Origin: Candidatus Heimdallarchaeota archaeon
GTDB taxonomy: Archaea > Asgardarchaeota > Heimdallarchaeia > Hodarchaeales > Hodarchaeaceae
Assembly: GCA_048881705.1 (NCBI GenBank)
Contig: JBHLSH010000028.1
Span: 1 to 40,901, forward strand
Reading direction: 5' to 3'
DNA: 40,901 bases
The notes beneath the pieces were generated by a model. The model saw nothing but the letters and a program-made list of their open reading frames with translations, was not told the origin of the DNA and ran no database searches. Position numbers and translations under genes: made by a program. Below are positions 24,712-33,938 of the stretch, in pieces. Positions within the stretch are counted from its first letter, which is position 1, and each line of letters starts with the position of its first letter.

Positions 24712-25584
24712 TTATTCTTTTCGAGAATACCATAATGGACCCATATATAGACACAATTCCGGATCCATCTTCATTTGCTGGTTGTTTTCGTACTCATCTA
24801 CCTTCCCTTCATGGAAAGAAAGTTCATCGCATCCCCGAGCAATTACAATGGGTACCTGTTGCGCGGACTCGCCCATGAGTATTTCTGCACCACAAACGAG
24901 ATTGTCCGCAATAGCACGAGATGTTATTCTCATCGAACGTCCAAAAAGGTCTAAAGATCCACGATCATCAATGACCGGACTAAATCCAGCAACGGCGAGG
25001 GCAAAACCTGATGTCCCTCTTCTCAAGGGGTGAGTTTTCGAATCCGAAATAATTATCCCTACTTTTTTTCTTGTACGAGCATAAATCTCCTCATGGATAG
25101 ATTTTGCCGTTTTTACGGGATCCTTGGGCAAAACAATTAAAAACCCCTCTCCTCCAGCATTACTTTGATCTACTCCGGCGTTAGCTTGGAGAACTTTGTC
25201 TCTTAAGGCAAGGACAGCTCCTGGAACGGCTCCAAAAACTTCATCTGCTTCTTGAAAAACAGTTTCGACAAATCGTGGATCCAGGTTCGCAGTAGCCGCA
25301 ATTTCCTTTGTACGTTCGCCAACCTTTGTAATAGAATCCAATGGCCGCTGTCCCCCTTCGCTGATTGAAATGATCTTGCTGGCGATAATAATAACATCCC
25401 TATCTCGTAAAACGAAATTATTAGATTCGATGGCATCGAGCAGAACTGATGTTATGTTTTCATCCGATTTTGTGACTTTAGAGGGTGTCGGAACCCCAAG
25501 AAACTCGATTTTCACGAGGTATACACCAATATCAACCGGATATTTCATTTGCTTATTAACATCAATAAGACATTCTTTTAACAT
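24712..25584 (-). CDS. cofE: CofE-family gamma-glutamyl ligase (F420-0:glutamate ligase-like)
   Basis: DVIIIASKIISISEG, ANAGVDQSN, LPKDP, IISDS..HPLRRG, DLFGRSMRIT..AIAD, MGE...VPIVIARG. Start may be ATG 25548. Confidence 0.9.
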   Translation of the reverse strand: MLKECLIDVNKQMKYPVDIGVYLVKIEFLGVPTPSKVTKSDENITSVLLDAIESNNFVLRDRDVIIIASKIISISEGGQRPLDSITKVGERTKEIAATANLDPRFVETVFQEADEVFGAVPGAVLALRDKVLQANAGVDQSNAGGEGFLIVLPKDPVKTAKSIHEEIYARTRKKVGIIISDSKTHPLRRGTSGFALAVAGFSPVIDDRGSLDLFGRSMRITSRAIADNLVCGAEILMGESAQQVPIVIARGCDELSFHEGKVDEYENNQQMKMDPELCLYMGPLWYSRKE

Positions 25585-25674
25585 GTTGAAAGTATGTTCG
25601 AAATCAACATATCCTGAAAACAGGAAGCTACTAAATCAATAGTAGGCTTAATAATTCAACAGGAGACACATTTA

Positions 25675-26430
25675 ATGGCTTTAGAAGATCGAGCTAAGTT
25701 CGGAATTCCCCTATTGGACGACGCACTCGGGGGTGGCGTTCCCCGCGGTTCCATCATCTTAATTGAGGATGAGGTTGGAATTAATACAGAACATATTTTG
25801 GTTCAATTCCTATCAGAGGGCCTTAGAACTGGGGAGTACGGGTATATCTTATCGACGGAACATCTATTCAGTCATTATTCACCTTTGTTTGTACCCTACA
25901 ATATCTCTGAGGTTACATTTGAAACTAAGAGGTTAGTCTTTTTGGATGCGTTTTCTAATCCCTTTGGGTACTCCGAGGGACGCCCAATGACGACTGCTGC
26001 GGAAAATGTGGTTAGAGATATCACACAACCAAGACATGTGACAGACCAAATTCGACGCTCTCTTTTGCACGTTAGAAATCAACCCGTCCGTGGGGTTCTT
26101 GATTCTTTAACCACTATTCTCCTTGTTTCTGATACATTGAAGGCTCCAATGGCCTTCTTACAACATAAGATCGCTACCGACAAAGAAATGGGAATCGTAA
26201 GTCTGTTCACACTACATACAGATGTTCACGACGCCCAGATCGTCAAAGCTATAGAACATTATTGTGATGGAGTGCTACGTCTTCGAAACGTAATTCCTTC
26301 CGACGAAACGGACGTTTCAGTGGAGATGCTTCAGATCCTTAAAGTTCCCGGCATTCCACTAGCAGAATTGGAGGCGACGGAATTCGGATTCAGTCCAAGT
26401 CCAGGTCATATTGAACTCACTCCTCATTGA
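25675..26430 (+). CDS. KaiC/RAD55-like RecA-fold protein with degenerate Walker A
   Basis: FGIPLLDDALGGGVPRGSIILI N-terminus, VLDSLTT, EHYCDGVLRL; the P-loop reads EDEVGINT instead of GxxGxGKT. Confidence 0.8.
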   Translation: MALEDRAKFGIPLLDDALGGGVPRGSIILIEDEVGINTEHILVQFLSEGLRTGEYGYILSTEHLFSHYSPLFVPYNISEVTFETKRLVFLDAFSNPFGYSEGRPMTTAAENVVRDITQPRHVTDQIRRSLLHVRNQPVRGVLDSLTTILLVSDTLKAPMAFLQHKIATDKEMGIVSLFTLHTDVHDAQIVKAIEHYCDGVLRLRNVIPSDETDVSVEMLQILKVPGIPLAELEATEFGFSPSPGHIELTPH

Positions 26431-26460
26431 AGCATTATGGCTATTATTGGTTTGATGGTA

Positions 26461-26679
26461 ATGGCTTCCAGGAAGAATTGTGATATCGAAAATTGTGAAA
26501 ATGAAAGTAAACGGACCGTTTCCCGTGAGAAAGCTGGCGCTGCGATCCAACAAGCTGGACTTAATCTAGCCGTTCGAGACAAAAAAACAAAAGCGCATCT
26601 CTGCGCTGACCACTATCGGAAAATAAAGAAGCAGCTGAAGAAAGACCGAAAACTTGAGCGGCTGCGTTGGGGAAGCTAA
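26461..26679 (+). CDS. Small basic putative Zn-binding protein
   Basis: MASRKNCDIENC...HLCADHYRKIKKQLKKDRKLERLRWGS (C-x4-C...C-x2-H). Track ORF from 26437; ATG 26461 is preceded by GATGGTA. Confidence 0.7.
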   Translation: MASRKNCDIENCENESKRTVSREKAGAAIQQAGLNLAVRDKKTKAHLCADHYRKIKKQLKKDRKLERLRWGS

Positions 26680-26693
26680 ATTTCTAAAATTAT

Positions 26694-27551
26694 TCATTCG
26701 CGACCTAGGATGAATTGGAGAAAAGATATTACTTGTCTGGATCCAAGCATCAGTGCAGGCACCCGTTTCTTATACTGGCGGTATGAATCTCCAAATCGTT
26801 CAATTAACTCCTTTTCTTCAACCAAAATGAGATGTAAGTTTATTCCGATTAAGAAAAGGATTAGCGTGTAGAGTGCATAACCTGATAATCGGAAAAACAA
26901 CCCACCAACTGCCACCAATACCAACCCAAAATAGGCAGGATGACGAAGAACTGAATAAATCTTGTGATCTTGAAGTTCCGACTCTTCTGGATAGTAAAGA
27001 TAGATCAAGGCCATGTAATCCACCCCGAATGTTGTTAAAGCTCTATATCCAGTTAATATTCCCAACAATAAGAAAACAATTCCTGTTGATTGTACAATCA
27101 AGGATATTAGCTGAGGGAGATCGAGTATAGTTATTATAGAGTTAAATAAATAGCCAGATAATGTATTCAATGGCTGATTCGGTATTATTACAAGAAAAAA
27201 ATTGTGCATTACTACGGCCAGGACAAGCGGAATCCCAACGATACCCCATATGAATCCTCGTTGGAACGCGAGTTCGAAAGTTTGATCAATCAAATGGCTT
27301 CTACGTGCCCAAACACGGGATATCAAGAAGAATCCTATTCCAACCAGCGATGTTTGACAAAATATCGGCAAAACTGGTTTCAGGGCAAGCAAAAATTGAT
27401 TATTGGGAAATAAATTTGTTATTGTATATGAAAACAGCAAAAAGAACAGACCAAAAATGAAGGTGATGAAAAAAAGAAGAGGAATAAAGAGAAGTCGTTT
27501 TCCAGGATAATCTGGGAGTTTCTCTCTCAGTTTCTCCGTTCCTTTTAGCAT
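26694..27551 (-). CDS. ICMT/PEMT-like membrane methyltransferase family protein
   Basis: Multi-TM; IYSVLRHPAYFG and EEKELIERFGDSYRQYKKRVP motifs. Confidence 0.8.
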   Translation of the reverse strand: MLKGTEKLREKLPDYPGKRLLFIPLLFFITFIFGLFFLLFSYTITNLFPNNQFLLALKPVLPIFCQTSLVGIGFFLISRVWARRSHLIDQTFELAFQRGFIWGIVGIPLVLAVVMHNFFLVIIPNQPLNTLSGYLFNSIITILDLPQLISLIVQSTGIVFLLLGILTGYRALTTFGVDYMALIYLYYPEESELQDHKIYSVLRHPAYFGLVLVAVGGLFFRLSGYALYTLILFLIGINLHLILVEEKELIERFGDSYRQYKKRVPALMLGSRQVISFLQFILGRE

Positions 27552-27642
27552 TATGTCAATCCTCCTTTCTATTGCACCTTATAACAGACGAAATGGCAAA
27601 TCAGGTTTCTTGGCCCAATTTAATGCTCCAAATTCCCCACTA

Positions 27643-28554
27643 CTAGAAAAGCTTTAGTTCCATGGCATCGTCAGGGCAAATAGCAATACAGTCCAAACAA
27701 TTGATACACTGCTCTGATCTCACCCTTTCTGGAGGATAGGCAAGTACACGTACCCCTGTGGGGCATACGTCTTCACACCAACCGCAATGGGTACATTTTG
27801 TGACATTTCTTCCAACCCCAACAATTGAATGTTTTGCTAAATATCCCATGATGATTCCTACCGGACAGAACCATCTACACCAACCCTTAGGTACATAAAT
27901 AACAAGAATGAAGGCAAATACGAATATCGCTAATCGAACCCAAAATATTATGTCTATAAGTACGATTTCTTCCCATACCAAAAGGTTACTGATTCCACCC
28001 CAATAGAAAAGGCCTGGTATTATGACAAACAAGAAGGTCGCAGGACTTAAAACAGTCCAGGGTTGATAAGCAAAGAAACCAAAAGCATCTTCTACGTCAG
28101 CTGCGTTTCCAAGTCCAACATTAATCCCGATAAATATCGAAACCAACAAAGTAGCTCCTGTTATGAATTCCCCTATTTGACGTAGATTCAAATTGGTTTC
28201 ACGGGTAGGTTCGTACTTGCTTTTCCATGTGGTGGCGAATCCGACTAAGTCTTGGGCCAGCCCAATTGGACATGCCCACGCACAAAACATTCGACCGACC
28301 AGTGCACCTATGATTAAAAAAACTGCAAGCGGAACCAACGGAGCAATAGCCATTGTTAGCATCCGTTGTAGGAGATCGAAAGCTCCCTCACTGGTAGTAA
28401 ACAGCGTTCTAGGCATTACCACAGGAAGAACTAGCCAAGTTGCTCCAATAGAAAAAAAAGTCAAATTAAGGAGTAAAAACATGACCCCTTGAACGAACAC
28501 CCGGAAAAGCCGGAGTTTGGTGAGATTAACTTTAGGTTTTTTGTGATAACCCAT
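27643..28554 (-). CDS. NapH/MauN-type membrane 4Fe-4S binding protein
   Basis: GRMFCAWACPIG and KGWCRWFCPVG (CxxxCP) plus two ferredoxin motifs CTHCGWCEDVCP and CINCLDCIAICP. Start placed at ATG 28554 (GGTG upstream); track start 28593 overlaps the upstream small gene. Confidence 0.9.
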   Translation of the reverse strand: MGYHKKPKVNLTKLRLFRVFVQGVMFLLLNLTFFSIGATWLVLPVVMPRTLFTTSEGAFDLLQRMLTMAIAPLVPLAVFLIIGALVGRMFCAWACPIGLAQDLVGFATTWKSKYEPTRETNLNLRQIGEFITGATLLVSIFIGINVGLGNAADVEDAFGFFAYQPWTVLSPATFLFVIIPGLFYWGGISNLLVWEEIVLIDIIFWVRLAIFVFAFILVIYVPKGWCRWFCPVGIIMGYLAKHSIVGVGRNVTKCTHCGWCEDVCPTGVRVLAYPPERVRSEQCINCLDCIAICPDDAMELKLF

Positions 28555-28564
28555 GGAAATACAC

Positions 28565-28711
28565 CTAGGGGAGAGGTAAACCTGCAGTGGCACTGTCAGT
28601 AATTTCAGAGATGATTTCTTGAATCAACTCGAATTGGTTAGTGGAAATAGCCAGGGTTATGAAAATAATCCCAAGACCAAGGGCTAGAAAAGACTTTGCG
28701 TTACTCTTCAC
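28565..28711 (-). CDS. 48-aa single-TM peptide upstream of the 4Fe-4S protein
   Basis: Not in the track. GTG 28711 gives MKSNAKSFLALGLGIIFITLAISTNQFELIQEIISEITDSATAGLPLP; TAG at 28565-28567, 10 bp before the next start. Confidence 0.65.
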   Translation of the reverse strand: MKSNAKSFLALGLGIIFITLAISTNQFELIQEIISEITDSATAGLPLP

Positions 28712-28839
28712 ATTTTCACATTCCTAATTCGACGAGATCTCTACACAGGGGAGCCCGTATGGTCGTTACTTAAAGACTCTCCATCCGACTCTATACGTAC
28801 TTTGTTTTAAAACGGTATACAGAAAGCAATACGAACATC

Positions 28840-30063
28840 TCAGAAACCCCAATCTCGACTAATACTGAATCCCTGGGCGACGATTCGGGCATCCCTGAAC
28901 TTAAGAAGTAAACGAGGGTGAAAAAGAGCTTTTAAGGGAAGAACAAGTTTCTGTATTGCACTCAGAGAGGTAATATTCCATCCATCAATCATCTGCCCGA
29001 AATTTTCGAGATCTTTACCAGTGAATTTGGCATAGAGGATATCATGGGCTGATTTTATCGTGGGATTGGTATAATCCATGGCCATAATTTTTTTGTGATA
29101 TATGCTTAATTGTTTTTCATCAAATCGGTTGTTCGCATGGACTTCAACCGCTGTTTGCCCTGCTAACATACCAGAGTGCACAGCTATTGCGATTCCTCCA
29201 TAAAAGATTGAATTTGTAAGACCAGCGGCATCTCCAGCAGCCAAAAAGTTATCTGTGTAGAATCGAGGGATGGGCCCACTAGCCGGTATGATTCCCGCGA
29301 TTTTTTTAACAATTCCGCTGTTCCTAATTTCTTTATGGTTAAGATACTCAACGAATTCGTCTAATATTTTCATAGGATGTGATAAAGGATCACTGATGAT
29401 ACCTACATTGGTACAATTCCGTTTCGGGAAGACCCATCCGTAATGCATCTTTGGTAATCGTAAGAAATCAAAATAAAATTCCAAGGCATCTGTATGGACG
29501 CCTTCGATCTGGTATTCAACACCAGAAACATACTGGGCAGGTGGTTCCAAACCAATTCTTCTTACTGAATGAGCAGAGGGGCCATCACACCCAATGACTA
29601 CATTGCATGTGTAGTCTCCATTAGTAGTTTGAATCCTCATCATCTGGTCTTGATGTTGAAATCCAGTAGCCTGTGTTCCCAAGCTGAGTTCGGCACCCTT
29701 TTTTGCGGCAGTTTCCGCCATAATCTGATCAAATCTGGGACGGTTAATGGTAAAAGTAGGGAGATTTGATGTTGCTACTCCTGTATTTCCAAAAAAAAAG
29801 CGTTGGACATTTAAGCCACGTTCAATGAATGATCCTGTTCTTTGTAATTCAAGCCGGGGTTTTTGGATTTGAATCTGAGGTTTTGGCATGTTTTCGAGCG
29901 TTAAAAGCTTCTCTGCAGAGATTCCTTCCCCACAAGCGAGAGGCCGCCCGATTTCTTGGTGTTCTTCAATGATTAGGGTAGTTAAGCCTGATTGGGCTGT
30001 TGTAGTTCCTGCAGATAATCCCGCAGGCCCAGCACCAACAACTATCACATCAAAATCAGCCAT
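28840..30063 (-). CDS. Geranylgeranyl reductase family FAD oxidoreductase
   Basis: DVIVVGAGPAG, INRPRFD, IGCDG, YGWVFPK, AGDAAG..N...GGI..A..SG..A. Confidence 0.9.
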   Translation of the reverse strand: MADFDVIVVGAGPAGLSAGTTTAQSGLTTLIIEEHQEIGRPLACGEGISAEKLLTLENMPKPQIQIQKPRLELQRTGSFIERGLNVQRFFFGNTGVATSNLPTFTINRPRFDQIMAETAAKKGAELSLGTQATGFQHQDQMMRIQTTNGDYTCNVVIGCDGPSAHSVRRIGLEPPAQYVSGVEYQIEGVHTDALEFYFDFLRLPKMHYGWVFPKRNCTNVGIISDPLSHPMKILDEFVEYLNHKEIRNSGIVKKIAGIIPASGPIPRFYTDNFLAAGDAAGLTNSIFYGGIAIAVHSGMLAGQTAVEVHANNRFDEKQLSIYHKKIMAMDYTNPTIKSAHDILYAKFTGKDLENFGQMIDGWNITSLSAIQKLVLPLKALFHPRLLLKFRDARIVAQGFSISRDWGF

Positions 30064-30147
30064 TTTCTTTCGTTAGTTTGGGGAATCGAGCTTTTTCTGA
30101 GTCAGCACCTACATCTCCTCAGAAATAATATAAATTTATCTGAGAAA

Positions 30148-30480
30148 ATGTTGATCGTGCCACAAGACCCAAAAAGATTAGGAATCTGTACAAAAAAGAC
30201 CCAAGGAAAGGTTCTTGTTCAGGTTAGAGAAGGAAAATTACCAAAAATAGGAACCCGTGCTGCTGTTAGGAAAAATGGTGTATATAAGGAAATAGGGGAG
30301 ATTATTGAGGTGATTGGCTCAACACGAAGTCCGTGGATTGTTATTGCAGTAAAAAAGGAAATCTATCAGCTTGTACAATCGGATGACGTGGTTTATATCG
30401 GAGAACGCCCCGTTAGAAAAAAGCTGAAACGCTTTACGCCCAAAAAACGAGGGAAAAAAACACAAAAGACGAACCTTTAA
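30148..30480 (+). CDS. gar1: H/ACA RNP protein Gar1
   Basis: KRLG...GKVLV...PKIG...IGEIIEVIG...PWIVI beta-barrel pattern; directly upstream of rps8e. Confidence 0.75.
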   Translation: MLIVPQDPKRLGICTKKTQGKVLVQVREGKLPKIGTRAAVRKNGVYKEIGEIIEVIGSTRSPWIVIAVKKEIYQLVQSDDVVYIGERPVRKKLKRFTPKKRGKKTQKTNL

Positions 30481-30564
30481 GGATGATTAACAACCTAAAT
30501 CGCTTAACCTGTGCTCGACAGGTTGTTTACGACTCAGAGAGGTTCACCATAAGAAGGTACACAT

Positions 30565-30942
30565 ATGGCGCGAACGCAAAGAAGATCAAAGCGCAGACCT
30601 AGCGGAGGACGCTATCACGTTTCCACTAAAAAGAAAAAACGTGATCTTGCGCGACCCCCAGCTTTAACGCATCTCGGTCAAGGGAGGAAGAAGTATATTC
30701 GAACTCGAGGCGGAAATAGAAAGATTCGGCTTCAGGTAACTCAGTTTGCCAATATATCTACCGGAAATCCTAGAAAAACAGAAAAACTGGAAATAGAAGA
30801 CATCGAAGATAATTCTGCGAATCGTGACTTTGCACGCCGTAAAATCATTACGAAAGGAGCAATTATTCGCACCAGTAAAGGGTTAGCTCGAGTTACAAGT
30901 CGGCCAGGCCAAGCTGGCACGGTAAATGCGGTTTTGATGTAG
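30565..30942 (+). CDS. rps8e: 30S ribosomal protein S8e
   Basis: RSKRRPSGG, RTRGGNRK, N.DFARRKIITKGAII, ARVTSRPGQ.G.VNAVL. Confidence 0.97.
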   Translation: MARTQRRSKRRPSGGRYHVSTKKKKRDLARPPALTHLGQGRKKYIRTRGGNRKIRLQVTQFANISTGNPRKTEKLEIEDIEDNSANRDFARRKIITKGAIIRTSKGLARVTSRPGQAGTVNAVLM

Positions 30943-31092
30943 TATTTAACAAACCTTGACGAGGTACTGTTGGAGGGACGCCTACAGGTTATTGGTTTTG
31001 AGAGTAGGGTAGATCATCTATCTTTGAACGTGACTATATTTGGTATAACACCAATTTATTCTTAACGGAGCGATTTCACGCTCTAGGAGTCC

Positions 31093-31100
31093 AAAAAAAA
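31093..31100 (-). terminator. Candidate archaeal oligo-T terminator
   Basis: A8 on the plus strand (T8 on minus), about 90 nt downstream of the minus-strand TVP38-family gene. Confidence 0.35.
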
Positions 31101-31188
31101 GATAATTGCAGATTTTGACCTTTGCGTCCCATCACAATAGGGAAGCGACGAGGAATCAGCTGTAATAAGGAGGAAAGATACAATAGGG

Positions 31189-31965
31189 TCAATCCAATGA
31201 TCCAAGTTGGGGTTCAGCTAAGTCAACTTGTGATTCTTCCTTCCTGCCGACGTATTGCTTCAACTTTTTCATGAAAACAATATATAAGGCTAAAATTACA
31301 AGGGTGGTACCTAGAAGGATGATAAAAAAGAGATTCAGATCAGTTTCAGCGAATGATACCAATCCAGCACCTAATAAAATGTAAAAAGCAACGCGTGGAA
31401 TAGTACCTATTAAAGTAGGAATGAAAAAACTCCAGAAACGAATTCTTGTCATGCCAGCACCGTAAGACACGGCATCAAATGGAATAAACGGGACTAATCT
31501 GCCAATGAGGACAAATTTGAAGCCATGCGTTTCTATTACATCCAAGAAATACTCTGAATCTTCATCAATAAAGCGTGCCAGTAGATTGGCCAGAGGGGTT
31601 AAGAATCTATGTTCTGAACCTTGTCCTGTTTCTGAACCTTTACCAGTTCCGAATTCATCGACAACGTGGCGTTTCAAAAGGGTTTGAAGCCCTTTTGCAA
31701 TGTAAAATGCACTAATAGCACCCAAAAGAGATCCAATTATACCACCGACCAAGGCTAACAAAATTCCAGTGGGTCCATAACGATCATAGAATCCATACCC
31801 TGCAACTGTTAAAACCGCTTCAGAAATAATTGGAGCAACAATGGCCTGGAATACCATGGCAAATATTAGGCCAAAAACTCCGAAGGTTTCGACTAAATAC
31901 ACTAAAACATCATTTAGATAATCCCAGATAGATGCAATGCTTTGAAGAATCACTCTAGATCCCAT
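31189..31965 (-). CDS. TVP38/TMEM64 (VTT/DedA superfamily) membrane protein
   Basis: FQAIVAPIISEAV...GYG, GSLLGA..AFYIA, LIGRLVPFIPFDAVSYGAG, TLIGTIP. Confidence 0.9.
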   Translation of the reverse strand: MGSRVILQSIASIWDYLNDVLVYLVETFGVFGLIFAMVFQAIVAPIISEAVLTVAGYGFYDRYGPTGILLALVGGIIGSLLGAISAFYIAKGLQTLLKRHVVDEFGTGKGSETGQGSEHRFLTPLANLLARFIDEDSEYFLDVIETHGFKFVLIGRLVPFIPFDAVSYGAGMTRIRFWSFFIPTLIGTIPRVAFYILLGAGLVSFAETDLNLFFIILLGTTLVILALYIVFMKKLKQYVGRKEESQVDLAEPQLGSLD

Positions 31966-32180
31966 TACTTGAGGAAATTACGCCCAGGATAAAGTTTTCA
32001 CCATTTAAATTCCAGAATACGGCAGTATCGTCCATTTTGGCGACGTTATTTATATTCAAGGTTATCAGGGAATTAACCCCGTACCTAAACACATATTAGA
32101 AGGGGTTGTAAGAACAATATCAAACAAGTATTACAGACCATATGGTCTTAAGTACTAGAGGTACGCCCTAGAAGTACCTA

Positions 32181-33893
32181 GTGGAGATTTTTTTTGTGGA
32201 TAACGACGATTTAAAGGAATCTATTAAGCAGTCTCGTCCGAAGAGGAATCCGGATCATGATATTGATCAATGGCTAACCTTAGAACACTTCCCTGATGAC
32301 ACAAGGGTCAATTTGACAGCACGCGGGCGCAAATTCATTTTTCAAAAGGGAAATATCCAAAAAGACCTGGAAGGTGTAGTAAGTCGTGCCCAATGGTCAC
32401 GGTACAGGTCCAATCCCGAAATGACTATCCCCTTGTCCACCCTCCGTTTATTGATTGGACAATCTAACCATGAAATGTTCATGACTTCATTTACAGTCAC
32501 TTCGATCGGATCAAAAAAGATTCAACTCCCTATTCGACTCCCCATTCGGACCAGGAGGAATCATCTTGCAAAGCTCCTGGCCCTGCTTACTCTGGCCCGT
32601 AACGTCTTCCTCACTGGCACCTATCAAACAGATCAACGTCATAAAGTCGAGGCTCTAATAGAGACCTTTGAGGAAATTTTTGACTTTAATTTATGCCCAG
32701 ATGGTGAAATCGATTATAATCAGAGAGGGTACTATATCAAAATTCCTGTACAACTTTGTCAGGCTTTGATCAAAGTCTTCACTGGTGAATACAAGGCTAA
32801 TTTCCCCCAAATCATTCATTCAGTAGCTATGTGTGAAGACGAACAGGATATCTTAGATTTCGTCCGTCTGTGGCTTCAATTTTCAAGGGTTTATCGGTTT
32901 GAGCAAGGAGAAGATCTGTTCATGTTCAGAGCTTCCGATGAAACTCGTGAGATCGTCAAATTACTAGAAAAACTAGGGGTACAATGTGATACAGGGTCAA
33001 TCATGGAAGGAGGAAATAAATTTGTGCCGGTATATAGGATCCCCAATGTAGCGGATAATGAACTTATCCTCGCCAATCCCTCTGTGGTCTCCCGTTTAAG
33101 ATCTAAAATTGCAAACCAGGATGCACGGATCAAAGAACTAGAAACAATCAAATCATCTTTGGAAACGGAATTGAACGAAACCACACGTAGTGCAAGTGAA
33201 AAAGTACTCTGGTCACGTGGGATGGATGAACGTCTCGTTGAAGAATTAACCGAGAAACTGAAGGAATTTGAACATATTCTTGTCCGTTCGAAACGAGAAA
33301 ATGAAGAATTAAAACGGCTTTTAAGTGAAAGTGGGACAATTTCTGCCAAACAACCTTTTCTAAAAGAGGCAGCAAATGCCTCGAACCTAGCGGAAGATCT
33401 CGAAAAATTGCGCGGAGAAGTAGAAGATTTAAAAACTCGTTTGGCTACTATTGGAGAGCCTAAAGCCAGGGAACTAAGCTATGAGGTTACCCAGAAACTC
33501 ACGATGAAAACAAATCAATCCCTTCCCCAGCAATCAGGTCAAGAAGTTCCACTTGGCGTTGATGTAAACTGGAAGCAATTAGTGAAGACATTCTTAGCCC
33601 ATCCAGATAATTGGATCCTCTTCCTGCTTAGTACCAATCAGGCTTTACCTCGGGGGACAATCGCTCAAATACTTGGCGTTCCCACTGAGAGACGGATGGA
33701 ATTACAAAGACGTTTGAACGATTTTGTGGATAAACACATCTTAAAAGTCGACATGACAACTGAGGGGGAAGAGGTTTATTCTATCGATCGCCTAAACTGG
33801 TCCGATCAGATAACCGCTTACCGTGATATCATCTTGGGCAATAAGGGGGCACCACTCGAAATACGCCAACAGATCCGTAGCGTTTTGAGATAG
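32181..33893 (+). CDS. Hypothetical protein: degenerate LAGLIDADG-like region + coiled coil + C-terminal wHTH
   Basis: 570-aa ORF. Pattern similarity to intein-type LAGLIDADG endonucleases at aa ~110-290, heptad region at aa ~300-425, wHTH-like segment at aa ~475-535. Confidence 0.7.
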   Translation: MEIFFVDNDDLKESIKQSRPKRNPDHDIDQWLTLEHFPDDTRVNLTARGRKFIFQKGNIQKDLEGVVSRAQWSRYRSNPEMTIPLSTLRLLIGQSNHEMFMTSFTVTSIGSKKIQLPIRLPIRTRRNHLAKLLALLTLARNVFLTGTYQTDQRHKVEALIETFEEIFDFNLCPDGEIDYNQRGYYIKIPVQLCQALIKVFTGEYKANFPQIIHSVAMCEDEQDILDFVRLWLQFSRVYRFEQGEDLFMFRASDETREIVKLLEKLGVQCDTGSIMEGGNKFVPVYRIPNVADNELILANPSVVSRLRSKIANQDARIKELETIKSSLETELNETTRSASEKVLWSRGMDERLVEELTEKLKEFEHILVRSKRENEELKRLLSESGTISAKQPFLKEAANASNLAEDLEKLRGEVEDLKTRLATIGEPKARELSYEVTQKLTMKTNQSLPQQSGQEVPLGVDVNWKQLVKTFLAHPDNWILFLLSTNQALPRGTIAQILGVPTERRMELQRRLNDFVDKHILKVDMTTEGEEVYSIDRLNWSDQITAYRDIILGNKGAPLEIRQQIRSVLR

Positions 33894-33938
33894 CGTAAAA
33901 AGCAATTTTCACTCTGAAACGTGTCCTATAGTTTATTT

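Noticed and set aside
30943-31192. Possible H/ACA or SRP RNA or 31-aa ORF after gar1-rps8e (ACAATAGGG repeat at 31134 and 31180; TTGACCTT/AGGGTCAA stem)
   Set aside because: No K-turn/pocket geometry or SRP motif, the stem overlaps the convergent gene's stop, and the short ORF has no recognisable motif. Most simply a terminator region.
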